Part shown: piece by piece, positions 1 through 8,898 of the stretch
How positions within the stretch are numbered: position 1 is the first letter of the stretch
Layout: each line of letters begins with the position of its first letter
Assembly: GCA_965552055.1 (NCBI GenBank)
Contig: CBEVQO010000004.1
Coordinates: 32,001-96,000, forward strand
Origin: an uncultured bacterium
Lineage (GTDB): Bacteria > Hydrothermota > UBA3073 > NMUJ01 > CBEVQO01
Length of the DNA stretch: 64,000 bases
Direction of reading: 5' to 3'
Position numbers and translations under genes: made by a program
Notes under the pieces: model-generated
What the model was told of the DNA's origin: nothing
What the model saw: only the letters and a program-made list of their open reading frames with translations
The model's database searches: none

Positions 1-19
1 TAAATAACTTTTTCATGGA

Positions 20-190
20 TTAAAATAAGGTGTAAATAAAAGGACTTACCCCTATTACCGCTGCAAAAATGAGGATGAGTGTAAGGATAAGCAAAATAAG
101 TATTAAAGGAATTAACCATATCATCTTTCTCTTTTTCAGGAATGTGAATAACTCTCCTAAAATGCTGATACTCGAAAGAAATTTCCTCAT
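20..190 (-). CDS. DUF5989-family small membrane protein (56 aa)
   Basis: ELFTFLKKRKMIWLIPLILILL...SPFIYTLF matches the family pattern; ATG at 190 overlaps the stop of the upstream gene (ATGA). Confidence 0.75.
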   Translation of the reverse strand: MRKFLSSISILGELFTFLKKRKMIWLIPLILILLILTLILIFAAVIGVSPFIYTLF

Positions 191-603
191 TCGCCCATTA
201 TCTGAATTATTACTCTTCTTCTGCTTCGTGGTCCATCGAATTCGCAAAACATGATTGCCTGCCATGTGCCGAGCATCAATCTGCCATTCACAATAGGAAT
301 TAATCTATTTGAACCTACTATCGCGGATTTTATGTGTGCGCCTGCATTGTTGTCAATCCTGTCATGTAAATATCCTGCGTGGTCAGGTATTGCTCTATTT
401 ATCGCATTTATAAAGTCGGTTTTTATATTGGGGTCGGCACTTTCGTTTAATACGATTCCAGCTGTGGCATGAGGAATATAAACATTGCATATGCCATTTT
501 TTATCCCGGATTCATCTACTGCACTCTCTACTTCATAAGTTATGTCTATTAATTCATGCTGGCTTTTTGTGCTTAATGTTATTTCTTTAACAAAATGCTT
601 CAT
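187..603 (-). CDS. yjbQ: YjbQ/UPF0047 family protein
   Basis: Motifs HATAG..NE.ADP, Y.HD.IDNN..AHIKS, LGTWQ.I.FCEFDGPR.R. Confidence 0.9.
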   Translation of the reverse strand: MKHFVKEITLSTKSQHELIDITYEVESAVDESGIKNGICNVYIPHATAGIVLNESADPNIKTDFINAINRAIPDHAGYLHDRIDNNAGAHIKSAIVGSNRLIPIVNGRLMLGTWQAIMFCEFDGPRSRRRVIIQIMGE

Positions 604-610
604 TCTTTAA

Positions 611-637
611 ATTTTATCTATTATTTCAAAATGTCAA
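611..637 (-). promoter_or_regulatory. sigma70-like promoter TTGACA-N15-TAAAAT, 7 nt before the yjbQ ATG
   Basis: Reverse complement reads TTGACA ttttgaaataataga TAAAAT ttaaaga ATG. Confidence 0.7.
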
Positions 638-642
638 GGGTA

Positions 643-1392
643 TTATCGTAAAAACATCCAGTCATGTGATTTGTATTTTTCTTTCAATTTTTCGGCGAGT
701 TCCATTTCGTAACTCTCTGGTTGTGCGACTTCAAATTTGAAGCCCCTTTTTTCCATTCCCTTAATGAGTGCTTTTTTTAATTCTTCTATTTTGAATTTTT
801 TACCCGTTATTTCTTCTATCGATGGTTGAATTCCGTCTTTTATCACGAGATTTATGGGAAGATGTGGCTTTATTACGGGTATTACGCCCTGCTGGAGTAT
901 GAAGCCTTTTTCCCTGTATTGTGCACTTCCAAGTATTTTTTTGCCTTTTATCGTTAATTCATACCTTGATGGTGCTCCAAAGCATGCTCTCAAACCTTTA
1001 TATTTCAAAGTTCCGCGACTTAATTCACAGGAAATTCCCAGCAATTTAAAACCTTCTGCAAATGCTAAACTTAGTTTTTCAAAAGTTTGAAGCGGATTCC
1101 CGCCGAGTAGAGGATTACTTTCCCTTATCATAAAACTATATGTAAGGTCACCGCAATGAAAAACAGCCCTTCCTCCTGTGGGTCTTCTTACGACATCAAT
1201 GCCATACTTTTTACAATTTTCAAAATTTATGTCATCTGCGTGTTGTAATCTGCCAAAAGTTATTGCAACCGGATTAAATGTAAAAAAACGGAATGTCTCG
1301 GGAGAGCGCCCTTCTTTTACGAAGTGAAAAATAGCTTCATCAAGTGCCATGTTAAAGAATGCATCATTTTCGCCGGTATCTATAAGGCGCAT
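643..1392 (-). CDS. Lipoate-protein ligase A / LipM octanoyltransferase family
   Basis: NMALDEA, VVRRPTGGRAVFH, KKILGSAQ motifs. Confidence 0.85.
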   Translation of the reverse strand: MRLIDTGENDAFFNMALDEAIFHFVKEGRSPETFRFFTFNPVAITFGRLQHADDINFENCKKYGIDVVRRPTGGRAVFHCGDLTYSFMIRESNPLLGGNPLQTFEKLSLAFAEGFKLLGISCELSRGTLKYKGLRACFGAPSRYELTIKGKKILGSAQYREKGFILQQGVIPVIKPHLPINLVIKDGIQPSIEEITGKKFKIEELKKALIKGMEKRGFKFEVAQPESYEMELAEKLKEKYKSHDWMFLR

Positions 1393-1398
1393 TAAATT

Positions 1399-3186
1399 TT
1401 ATACCTTAGGATAAAGGTCAAGGGCTGTAAACCATTCTTTTAATTTTTCTATTCTTTTCTTTCTATCTTCTGGAATTTGAAGTGGTCTACCTCTGCAATC
1501 TATTATCAATCCGACTGTACCGCCCTCTATTTTTGCTACTGTCTTTTTGCCTTTGCCTTCTCCTACATCAAAGCCCTTTGCAGGTATTATTTCTACTTCT
1601 TTAATTTCTCCTCTTTCCAAAGGTATTCTTTTAATTTCACCGAAATTCACTTTTATTTCTTCGCCGTCCATTTTTACTGTTACACAGTGTTGTCCTTCTT
1701 TTCCTACACCTTTGGGTGCAATACATGTTCCCAATCTTACAAGGCAATCTTTGTCAAAAACTTCCATAGCTGCTTTTTCGTGGACTGTTGCTAACACACC
1801 CAGATGTGGCATCATAAAGATACTGTCAACTGTTAACATTGTTACACCTTCTGGCTGGAATGCATCGATCATCATAAGTGCAGATTGTACACGCCTTGGA
1901 GCATGTGACAATACTCCACCAGAACCTATCAATAAATTTAATTCCATCATGTTGATTAATGTTTGACCTGTCATCGTTTGTTCAAATGCATCGGAGATTG
2001 TTCTTTCCTGTTGTACACCTTTTAGTCCAACTGCCATGGTTTTGTGATGCTCAAAAGCCAATCTCAATGCTTCCCTTGCTATTGCCTGTTCTATCATTAA
2101 TTCATCGAGTGTTTGAGGAATTGATGTTGGTCTAATCATCTTATTTCTGATTCTGTTAATAAGGTCACTTTCTTCTATTTCAAAAGGAATCCATCTCATT
2201 ATGTTTTCTATTCCTGCTTCTACAAGCACATTCGATATTGAATAACTCATTCCAAGGTTTGCGGAAACTGTGCGGTTGAAAACGCCCTGAAATACACTGA
2301 AAACATCGGTTGTTGCACCACCTATATCAACGCCGATGACAGAGATTCCTCTTTCTCTACCTACTCTTTCAACAAGATATCCGACTGCTCCTGGTGTGGG
2401 CATTATTGGGGCGTCAGTCCAAGACATCAATTTAGGGTATCCAGGTGCATGTGCCATTACATGTTCCATGAACAATTCATGAATTTTATTCCTAGCAGGT
2501 TGTAGATTCTCTTTTTCGAGCACAGGTCTTATATTGTCAACTATTTCGAGTGCTGTTTTTTCTTTTAATACTTCTTTTATTTTTTCTCTTGCATCTTTAT
2601 TCCCAGCATAAACTACTGGCAATCTGTAATCTGTTCCAAATCTTGGTCGGGGTTCAGCTGCTCTTATTATTTCTGCAAGTTCTACTACATGGGATATTGT
2701 TCCACCATCAACTCCTCCTGCGAGCAAAATCATATCCGGTCGCAGATGTCTAATTACTTCTATTTTCTGGTGTGGTAAGCGTCCATCGTTTGATGCTATG
2801 ACTTCCATTACAATTGCTCCTGCACCTAATGCCGCTCTTTCTGCGCTTTCAGCGGTCATGGATTTTACAACACCCGCTACCATCATCTGTAATCCGCCGC
2901 CTGCACTCGAAGTGGATACATAAATATCAACGCCTTCTTTATCGTTTTTCCTTGGTTTTATAATTTTTTCACCTTCCAGTATCTTTTTGCCGGTTAACTC
3001 TTCAAGTTCCCTTACGGCGTTTAAGACCCCTCTTGTTACATCTTCAAAGGGTGCTTCAACCGTCGTTGGTGCTTCTCCTCTTGCGATCAATCTATATTCT
3101 TCGCCTCTTTTTTCTATCAAAATTGCTTTTGTTGTAGTACTGCCACAATCTGTTGCTAATATTGTATTAATTTCATCGGGCTTCAT
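1399..3186 (-). CDS. GlmL/MutL (glutamate mutase L)-like ASKHA ATPase
   Basis: Two phosphate motifs TDCGSTTTKA and VDIGGATTDVFS; SSAGGGL, MPTPGAV, IGSGGVL. Confidence 0.8.
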   Translation of the reverse strand: MKPDEINTILATDCGSTTTKAILIEKRGEEYRLIARGEAPTTVEAPFEDVTRGVLNAVRELEELTGKKILEGEKIIKPRKNDKEGVDIYVSTSSAGGGLQMMVAGVVKSMTAESAERAALGAGAIVMEVIASNDGRLPHQKIEVIRHLRPDMILLAGGVDGGTISHVVELAEIIRAAEPRPRFGTDYRLPVVYAGNKDAREKIKEVLKEKTALEIVDNIRPVLEKENLQPARNKIHELFMEHVMAHAPGYPKLMSWTDAPIMPTPGAVGYLVERVGRERGISVIGVDIGGATTDVFSVFQGVFNRTVSANLGMSYSISNVLVEAGIENIMRWIPFEIEESDLINRIRNKMIRPTSIPQTLDELMIEQAIAREALRLAFEHHKTMAVGLKGVQQERTISDAFEQTMTGQTLINMMELNLLIGSGGVLSHAPRRVQSALMMIDAFQPEGVTMLTVDSIFMMPHLGVLATVHEKAAMEVFDKDCLVRLGTCIAPKGVGKEGQHCVTVKMDGEEIKVNFGEIKRIPLERGEIKEVEIIPAKGFDVGEGKGKKTVAKIEGGTVGLIIDCRGRPLQIPEDRKKRIEKLKEWFTALDLYPKV

Positions 3187-3202
3187 ATCCCCCTCCGCAA
3201 TA

Positions 3203-3229
3203 ATTTTAATCCAATAATGAGAATGTCAA
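3203..3229 (-). promoter_or_regulatory. promoter TTGACA-N15-TAAAAT for the GlmL-like gene
   Basis: Read directly; a GGAGGGGG RBS follows. Confidence 0.7.
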
Positions 3230-3285
3230 GGGTAAAATGATAAAAAATTGAGCTTGACAAATTAAAATTTTGGATATTTATATAA

Positions 3286-3358
3286 TGCGGGGTGGAGCAG
3301 CTGGTAGCTCGCCGGGCTCATAACCCGGAGGTCGTGGGTTCGAATCCCACCCCCGCAA
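3286..3358 (+). tRNA. tRNA-Met(CAT), initiator type, no encoded CCA
   Basis: Acceptor TGCGGGG/CCCCGCA; anticodon arm CCGGG-CTCATAA-CCCGG with three G-C pairs; A11-U24; T arm GTGGG-TTCGAAT-CCCAC. Confidence 0.95.
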
Positions 3359-3370
3359 CTTTTTATTTTT

Positions 3371-3904
3371 ATGAAAAAAGCAGTGTTCCTGGATAGAGAC
3401 GGTACTTTAACTTCAGAGAGAAACTACACATTATCACCCGAAGAGATTAAAATATTGCCACAAACTCCCGAAGCGATAAAAATTTTGCATCAAAGTGGAT
3501 TTTTGACAATCGTTGTTACGAATCAATCGTGTGTCGGTAAAGGATTAATAACTCTGGAAGAGCTCCATCGAATTCATCATGCGTTCTTAAAAATTCTCGA
3601 AAAAGAAGGTGCTTCGATTGATGCTATTTATTTTTGTCCGCATCATCCGGATGCAGGATGCAAATGCAGAAAGCCCAGCCCCGAGCTCATATTTAGAGCG
3701 GCAAAAGATTATAATATTGATTTATCCAAATCATATTTGATAGGTGACCAGAAAAGGGATATTGAAATGGGCAAGCGTGCTGGTTTGAAAACAGTAATGG
3801 TGCTGACAGGTTATGGCGAGGAACAGAGTAAAGAAGCGAATCCTGACTTTATCGCAAAAGATGTCCTTGAAGCAGCAAAGATAATAACCCAACTAATACT
3901 TTAA
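3371..3904 (+). CDS. gmhB: D,D-heptose 1,7-bisphosphate phosphatase (HAD IIIA)
   Basis: FLDRDGT, VVTNQS, CPHHP...C.CRKP, IGD...DI motifs. Confidence 0.85.
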   Translation: MKKAVFLDRDGTLTSERNYTLSPEEIKILPQTPEAIKILHQSGFLTIVVTNQSCVGKGLITLEELHRIHHAFLKILEKEGASIDAIYFCPHHPDAGCKCRKPSPELIFRAAKDYNIDLSKSYLIGDQKRDIEMGKRAGLKTVMVLTGYGEEQSKEANPDFIAKDVLEAAKIITQLIL

Positions 3905-4222
3905 AATTTTGAATTCCACGCGACGATTTAATGCCCGCTCTTCTTCTGTTTCGCCTTTTGTAAGGGGATATTTCTCACCGTATCCTACTGCTTTTATTCT
4001 ATCCGGTGAAATACCGTGCTCTACGAGATATTGTTTTACTGCGAGGGCACGCTTTTCTGAAAGCTTTAGATTATATTCTTCGCTACCGAGTTCATCAGTG
4101 TGACCCGCTATTTCGACTATCATACCAGGGTGTTCTTTCATAATCCTCACGAGTCTATCGAGTTCATATTTTGATTCGGGTTTCAGTTCGTATGAATCGA
4201 AATCAAAGAAAATATTTCGCAA
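3893..4222 (-). CDS. OmpA-like peptidoglycan-binding domain; probably the frameshifted C-terminus of the WD40 gene
   Basis: NIFFDFD, IAGHTD..G...YN..LS..RA, NRRVE; weak TTG start and no signal peptide of its own. Confidence 0.85.
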   Translation of the reverse strand: MRNIFFDFDSYELKPESKYELDRLVRIMKEHPGMIVEIAGHTDELGSEEYNLKLSEKRALAVKQYLVEHGISPDRIKAVGYGEKYPLTKGETEEERALNRRVEFKILKY

Positions 4223-5523
4223 AATAATTTTGCTTCAAAAGGAAAAGCATCCCCATATTTTCCTTTTTCATATTCGAAATCTGCTTTTGTAAGAATTTTA
4301 TTACCAAAATATACTTCTTTAATTTCTTTATCATCAAAAACTATTCCTTTGACATAGAGGTCTGGTTCTATCAATTTTGTTTGGTAAATTTTTATGACAG
4401 GAGGTGCATTTATCGTTATTTTGTCTTCTTCTATCCAGCCTTTTAATCCTTCTTCTGTTTTTACATAGAGATATTTATCAGCTACTTTTATTATTTGTAA
4501 TTTGAGGGGTGGTATAAGTTTTTTTATTTCGCCTGTTAAACTTTTTAAATCTGCTTCTTCCTTTAAATACACAATTTGCCCTTCAAAAAGTTTATAAAAC
4601 TGCCATATTCTTATAGTTCTATCATTACCGCCTGATGCAAGGTATTTGCCATCTGGTGAAAAACAAACAGAATTCATCCAACCTTTGTAACCTTTCAATG
4701 TCTTCATGCATTCCCCTGTTGCTACCCGCCATATTTTTATTGTGTTATCATAACTGTTTGATACTATATATCTGCCATCGGGTGAAAAGCAAATAGAATT
4801 TACTAAACCTTTATGACCTTTCAATGTTTTTATGCATTCTCCCGTTGCTATCTGCCATATTTTTATTGTGTTATCAACGCTGCATGACGCCAGATATTCG
4901 CCATCGGGTGAAAAACAAATAGACAATACAGGTTTTTCATGTCCCTTCAATGTCTTTATACATTTTCCTGCTGCTACCTGCCATATTTTTATTGTTTTAT
5001 CAGCACTGCATGATGCAAGGTATTTGCCGTTAGCTGAAAAACAAACAGAATACACATAACCTTTATGTCTTTTCAGTGTTTTTATGCATTCTCCTGTTGA
5101 TACTTGCCATATTTTTATTGTTTTATCATCACTGCATGATGCGAGGTATTTACCATCGGGTGAAAAACAAACAGACCTTACCCAATTTTTATGTCCCTCT
5201 AATGTCTTAATGCATTTTCCTGTTGATACTTGCCATATTTTTATCGTTTTATCATAACTGCACGATGCTAGATATTTGCCATCGGGCGAAAAACAAACAG
5301 AAAGTACATAATCTTTATGTCCTGTCAATGTCTTTATGCATTTTCCTGTTGCTACTTCCCAGATTTTTATTGTGTTATCACTGCTACCCGATGCAAGATA
5401 TTTGCCATCAGGTGAAAAGCACACTGAATAAACACCGCCTTCGTGCCCCTTTAGTGTCATAATACATTCCTGTGCACTGGCTATGCTAAAAAGTAGAAAA
5501 ACAAACAAAGGAAGGTGCTTCAT
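4183..5523 (-). CDS. Secreted 7-repeat WD40 beta-propeller with SH3-like and partial Ig-like segments
   Basis: Signal peptide (...SIASA/QE); seven 42-aa GH..V.SVCFSPDGKYLAS.S.D.TIKIW units; YVKTEEGLKGWI SH3-like motif. Confidence 0.9.
   Translation of the reverse strand: MKHLPLFVFLLFSIASAQECIMTLKGHEGGVYSVCFSPDGKYLASGSSDNTIKIWEVATGKCIKTLTGHKDYVLSVCFSPDGKYLASCSYDKTIKIWQVSTGKCIKTLEGHKNWVRSVCFSPDGKYLASCSDDKTIKIWQVSTGECIKTLKRHKGYVYSVCFSANGKYLASCSADKTIKIWQVAAGKCIKTLKGHEKPVLSICFSPDGEYLASCSVDNTIKIWQIATGECIKTLKGHKGLVNSICFSPDGRYIVSNSYDNTIKIWRVATGECMKTLKGYKGWMNSVCFSPDGKYLASGGNDRTIRIWQFYKLFEGQIVYLKEEADLKSLTGEIKKLIPPLKLQIIKVADKYLYVKTEEGLKGWIEEDKITINAPPVIKIYQTKLIEPDLYVKGIVFDDKEIKEVYFGNKILTKADFEYEKGKYGDAFPFEAKLFCEIFSLISIHTN
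4600..5457 (-). repeat. Seven 126-bp WD40 coding repeats with high mutual identity
   Basis: Recurring plus-strand blocks such as ccatatttttat and ccatcgggtgaaaa at a 126-bp period. Confidence 0.9.
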
Positions 5524-5531
5524 ACACCCTC

Positions 5532-6260
5532 CTATCTGCCATACAGCAACCTCTCTGCAAGTATCACTGGTAAATCTGCCTCTATTATTTTGCGCTGCGC
5601 AAGCCGAATATCATAATCAACCCTTATAATGCGAAAATGCTTCTTATCTGTATCATAAATACCAAAAGAGGCTCGGGGGTCAAAATCACGGGGCTGACCC
5701 ACACTTCCAACATTTATCAAATATTTTTTGCCATCTTCTATAAAAAACTCCTCTCTATCAATCATGAAAATATCAAGGTTTTCATCAAGCATAAATGTAA
5801 CTGGAACATGTGAATGCCCTATAAAACAAACATTTTCCTTTATAACCTGCAGTTCATAGTATGCATCATAAGCATTCAGGATATATTTCCATTCTTCAGG
5901 AGAATTCGGTGAAGCATGTACAAAAAGCAAATTTTCATATTTTAAAGTTAAAGGCAATTTTGATAAAAAGTCAAAGTTATCTGGTGTTAATTTTTTCATC
6001 GTCCATTCGATTGCCGTGCGGGCATTGGGATTGAACCAGTCGAGCGGTGTCTTCATACACACGGCAGAATCATGATTTCCCATCACAATTTTATCTGTTA
6101 ATTTTTTAACAATGTCACAGCATTCGTTGGGATTGGCACCATACCCCACAATATCTCCAAGGCACACTATTTTGTCGGGCTTTTCTTCTTCTATCTTTTT
6201 GAGAACAGCGTTAAGGGCTTCGAGATTTCCATGTATATCACTTATTATCGCTATCTTCAT
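5532..6260 (-). CDS. Calcineurin-like metallophosphoesterase
   Basis: SDIHGN, LGDIVGYG, GNHD, GHSH, NVGSVGQPRD. Confidence 0.9.
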   Translation of the reverse strand: MKIAIISDIHGNLEALNAVLKKIEEEKPDKIVCLGDIVGYGANPNECCDIVKKLTDKIVMGNHDSAVCMKTPLDWFNPNARTAIEWTMKKLTPDNFDFLSKLPLTLKYENLLFVHASPNSPEEWKYILNAYDAYYELQVIKENVCFIGHSHVPVTFMLDENLDIFMIDREEFFIEDGKKYLINVGSVGQPRDFDPRASFGIYDTDKKHFRIIRVDYDIRLAQRKIIEADLPVILAERLLYGR

Positions 6261-6666
6261 CTTTCAAAACATAATCTTTATAAATTCTATCAAGCACACC
6301 GTTTACAAATTTTCCTGAATCTTCTGTCGAGTATTTTTTTGCAAGTTCTATTGCTTCATCAATTGAAACTTTTGGTGGTATATCTTCCATATATAGCATT
6401 TCAGCTGTTGCCATGCGTAAAATGTTGCGGTCAAGTGATGCAAGTCGTTTCAAATCCCAGTTTATCAATACTTTTTTTAAAATTTCGTCTATTTCTTCAA
6501 TATGTGAAATTGTTGTATCCACAAGTCTTTTTGCAAATTTTTTTACGGATTTTGGTGGATTGTATCTATAAAAAAGGTCTTCAAGTATTTCGTCAATTGA
6601 ATTTTCTGATAATTCGTGGCAATAGAGTGCTTCTACTGCTATTTCTCTTGCCCATCTTCTTTTCAT
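6238..6666 (-). CDS. nusB: Transcription antitermination factor NusB
   Basis: RR.ARE, W...RL..LDRNILR, IDEAIELAKKY, FVNGVLD; follows ribH. Confidence 0.95.
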   Translation of the reverse strand: MKRRWAREIAVEALYCHELSENSIDEILEDLFYRYNPPKSVKKFAKRLVDTTISHIEEIDEILKKVLINWDLKRLASLDRNILRMATAEMLYMEDIPPKVSIDEAIELAKKYSTEDSGKFVNGVLDRIYKDYVLKDEDSDNK

Positions 6667-7127
6667 TTAGCTTTTTCAATTATTGAGAGCATTTCAAGAG
6701 CTGTGTAAGCTGCTTCGTATCCTTTGTTACCCTGTTTGCCACCTGCGCGCTCAAGTGCCTGATTTAAATCATCGGCTGTTATTATGCCGAAGACAACGGG
6801 TATTTCGGAAGTGCGTGAAAGAGCACCTATACTCCTTGTTACTTCACCTGCTATGTAATCGAAATGAGGGGTTTCGCCCCGGATAACCGCACCAAGACAT
6901 ATTATGGCATCGTAGCGCTTGCTTTTGACGAGTATTTGGGCAATTTGGGGGATTTCAAAAGAGCCCGGCACCTTGAATACTTCTATGTCATCGTCATTCG
7001 CACCATGTTTCAAAAGGCATTCTCTCGCACCATCAAGAAGTTTATCCGTTATAAGTGAATTAAAGCGCGATTGCACTATTGCAAACTTTTTACCCTTTGC
7101 AGATATTTCGGGATAATGAATTTTCAT
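6663..7127 (-). CDS. ribH: 6,7-dimethyl-8-ribityllumazine synthase
   Basis: SRFN, VPGSFEIP, LGAVIRGETPHFDY, GNKG. Confidence 0.97.
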   Translation of the reverse strand: MKIHYPEISAKGKKFAIVQSRFNSLITDKLLDGARECLLKHGANDDDIEVFKVPGSFEIPQIAQILVKSKRYDAIICLGAVIRGETPHFDYIAGEVTRSIGALSRTSEIPVVFGIITADDLNQALERAGGKQGNKGYEAAYTALEMLSIIEKAK

Positions 7128-7133
7128 AGCCCC

Positions 7134-7907
7134 TCACTTTTTAAATTTTATATCTTCTAACTTAAATTTTTCTATACCTTTGCCTTCGAATTTCACATAA
7201 ACATATTTTCTGAAAAGGTCAAGTTCGCTTACAATTCCTTTACCTGCTGGAGTTTCTACTTCATCACCGACCATCGGGAATTTATCCTGTATTTCTTCGT
7301 AAAATTCTTTTTCAAAAGCAAGACAGCACATAAGGCGACCACAGACACCTGTCACTTTGTCTATTCCACAGCTGAGACGCTGTAATTTTATCAAACTTAC
7401 GCCTATTGATTCAAATTCTTTAATAAAGGTAGAACAACAAGTTGGCAAGCCACACACTCCGTATTCTGTGAAGAGTTTTGCATAATCGCGTGCACCCATT
7501 TGCTGGAGCTCTACCTTTAACTTAAATTGCCTTGCAGTGGCTCTTGCTAAATTTTTGAGATTAAGTTTCTTTTCTGATAAATATCTTATCTTTATGTAAG
7601 TGCCATCAAATTTTATGTGATGGTCTGCGATTTTTACAGGTAAATCTTTTTCTTTTATTTTTTGTCTGATAAAATCAATAATTTTTTCTGCTTTTTTCTT
7701 TTGCTCTTCGTATTTTTTAAGGTCTTCTTCTGTTGCTTTTCTAACGATTAAAAATCCGACTTTTCCTTCTTTTATTATGTTTATGATTTCACCTATATCC
7801 AGTCCTGCGTGAGTTTTAAATATGACAATATCACCTGGTTTATAATCTAAGTATGGTGTAAAAGATGCTTTTACTATATCTGGACCTGTTTTTATTTCGG
7901 CAATCAT
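7134..7907 (-). CDS. PSP1 / RicT (YaaT) family Fe-S protein
   Basis: G.CG.PTCC..F and G.CGRLMCCL.FE motifs. Confidence 0.85.
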   Translation of the reverse strand: MIAEIKTGPDIVKASFTPYLDYKPGDIVIFKTHAGLDIGEIINIIKEGKVGFLIVRKATEEDLKKYEEQKKKAEKIIDFIRQKIKEKDLPVKIADHHIKFDGTYIKIRYLSEKKLNLKNLARATARQFKLKVELQQMGARDYAKLFTEYGVCGLPTCCSTFIKEFESIGVSLIKLQRLSCGIDKVTGVCGRLMCCLAFEKEFYEEIQDKFPMVGDEVETPAGKGIVSELDLFRKYVYVKFEGKGIEKFKLEDIKFKK

Positions 7908-8012
7908 ACTAAAATTTTTAATAAAATAATGAGGATGTCAAGTTGAAAATTTTTTTATTTTTTTCTTGACAAATCTCCTTTTTGAATAAATATGGAGTAG
8001 AAAGGGGGTGTT

Positions 8013-8270
8013 ATGAAGAGGGTATGGTATCTTATAGGTTGTGCGGTGTTGTCGCTAGCTCTTATGGGCTGTGGTAAGAAGGTGAAGTATGCAGATGAAG
8101 CCACGCTCGGTAGATTGGACGAGTTGATTACCGAATATGAGAAAGCGGATAAGGAGTTGAATGCTCTTACGGGCGAAAAGGAGAAGCTGATGAAGCAGAA
8201 GTCGGATCTTGAGAAACAGGCAGAGGAATTGAAGTCAAAAATTGCAGAACTTAAAGGGGAGGGGAAATGA
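8013..8270 (+). CDS. Small coiled-coil lipoprotein
   Basis: Lipobox LMGC, heptad-rich body, GGGGG RBS. Confidence 0.7.
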   Translation: MKRVWYLIGCAVLSLALMGCGKKVKYADEATLGRLDELITEYEKADKELNALTGEKEKLMKQKSDLEKQAEELKSKIAELKGEGK

Positions 8271-8842
8271 GAGGCATACTTGCAATAATGGCATTGGTGA
8301 CATTTGGGGGACTGCTTTACGCTCAGGAAGGAACAATAACGGATGAAGAAGCGAAAACACTCCTGGAACAATATAATGAAACGGGGAAGTTGAAGGCTGA
8401 TGAAGCAGAGGCACTGATTAAATATTATGAGGCAAAGATTAGCGAGAAAAAGAGTGAGATTGATAAGATAAAGCCCGAGGTTGAGAAATTGAGAGCAGAG
8501 GTTGATAAACTGACCGCTCTGGTTGATAGTTTGCAGAAAGTAATAGCCGAGTTAGAAGCTGCGAAAAAGGGAGCAGAAGAAGTAGCCAAGGAAGAGAAAG
8601 CAGAGGTTAAACCCGGTGAATACAAATATTATGTTGTGAAGAAAGGCGACTGGCTATCAAAGCTCGCAGAATATCCAGAGGTATATGGTCACGGATACTA
8701 CATGCTATGGCCCGAGATCTACAAGGCAAATAAGGACATAATAAAAGACCCGAATCTGATATATCCGGGGCAGAAGCTAAAGATACCTGTGCTAACACCT
8801 GAGCAAAAAGAGGCGTTAAAGAAGAAATATCTTAAAAAGTAA
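8267..8842 (+). CDS. Secreted coiled-coil LysM-domain protein
   Basis: Signal peptide; YVVKKGDWLSKLA...W.EIY.ANKD.IKDPNLIYPGQKLKIP. Confidence 0.9.
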   Translation: MRGILAIMALVTFGGLLYAQEGTITDEEAKTLLEQYNETGKLKADEAEALIKYYEAKISEKKSEIDKIKPEVEKLRAEVDKLTALVDSLQKVIAELEAAKKGAEEVAKEEKAEVKPGEYKYYVVKKGDWLSKLAEYPEVYGHGYYMLWPEIYKANKDIIKDPNLIYPGQKLKIPVLTPEQKEALKKKYLKK

Positions 8843-8858
8843 TGTATATCTAAAATTG

Positions 8859-8892
8859 AGCCCCCTATCTTCAATGGTAGGGGGTCTTTTTT
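8859..8892 (+). terminator. Rho-independent terminator
   Basis: CCCCCTATC/GGTAGGGGG stem followed by TCTTTTTT. Confidence 0.8.
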
Positions 8893-8898
8893 ATTAAA

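Noticed and set aside
1..16. Possible minus-strand gene start (ATG at 16) running off the window
   Set aside because: Only five codons are visible; cannot be supported
3281..3286. TATAAT as the -10 of the tRNA-Met promoter
   Set aside because: 21 bp from TTGACA and overlaps tRNA position 1
4600..5457. Periodic DNA repeats as a possible CRISPR array
   Set aside because: 126-bp in-frame WD40 coding repeats; no spacers and no cas genes
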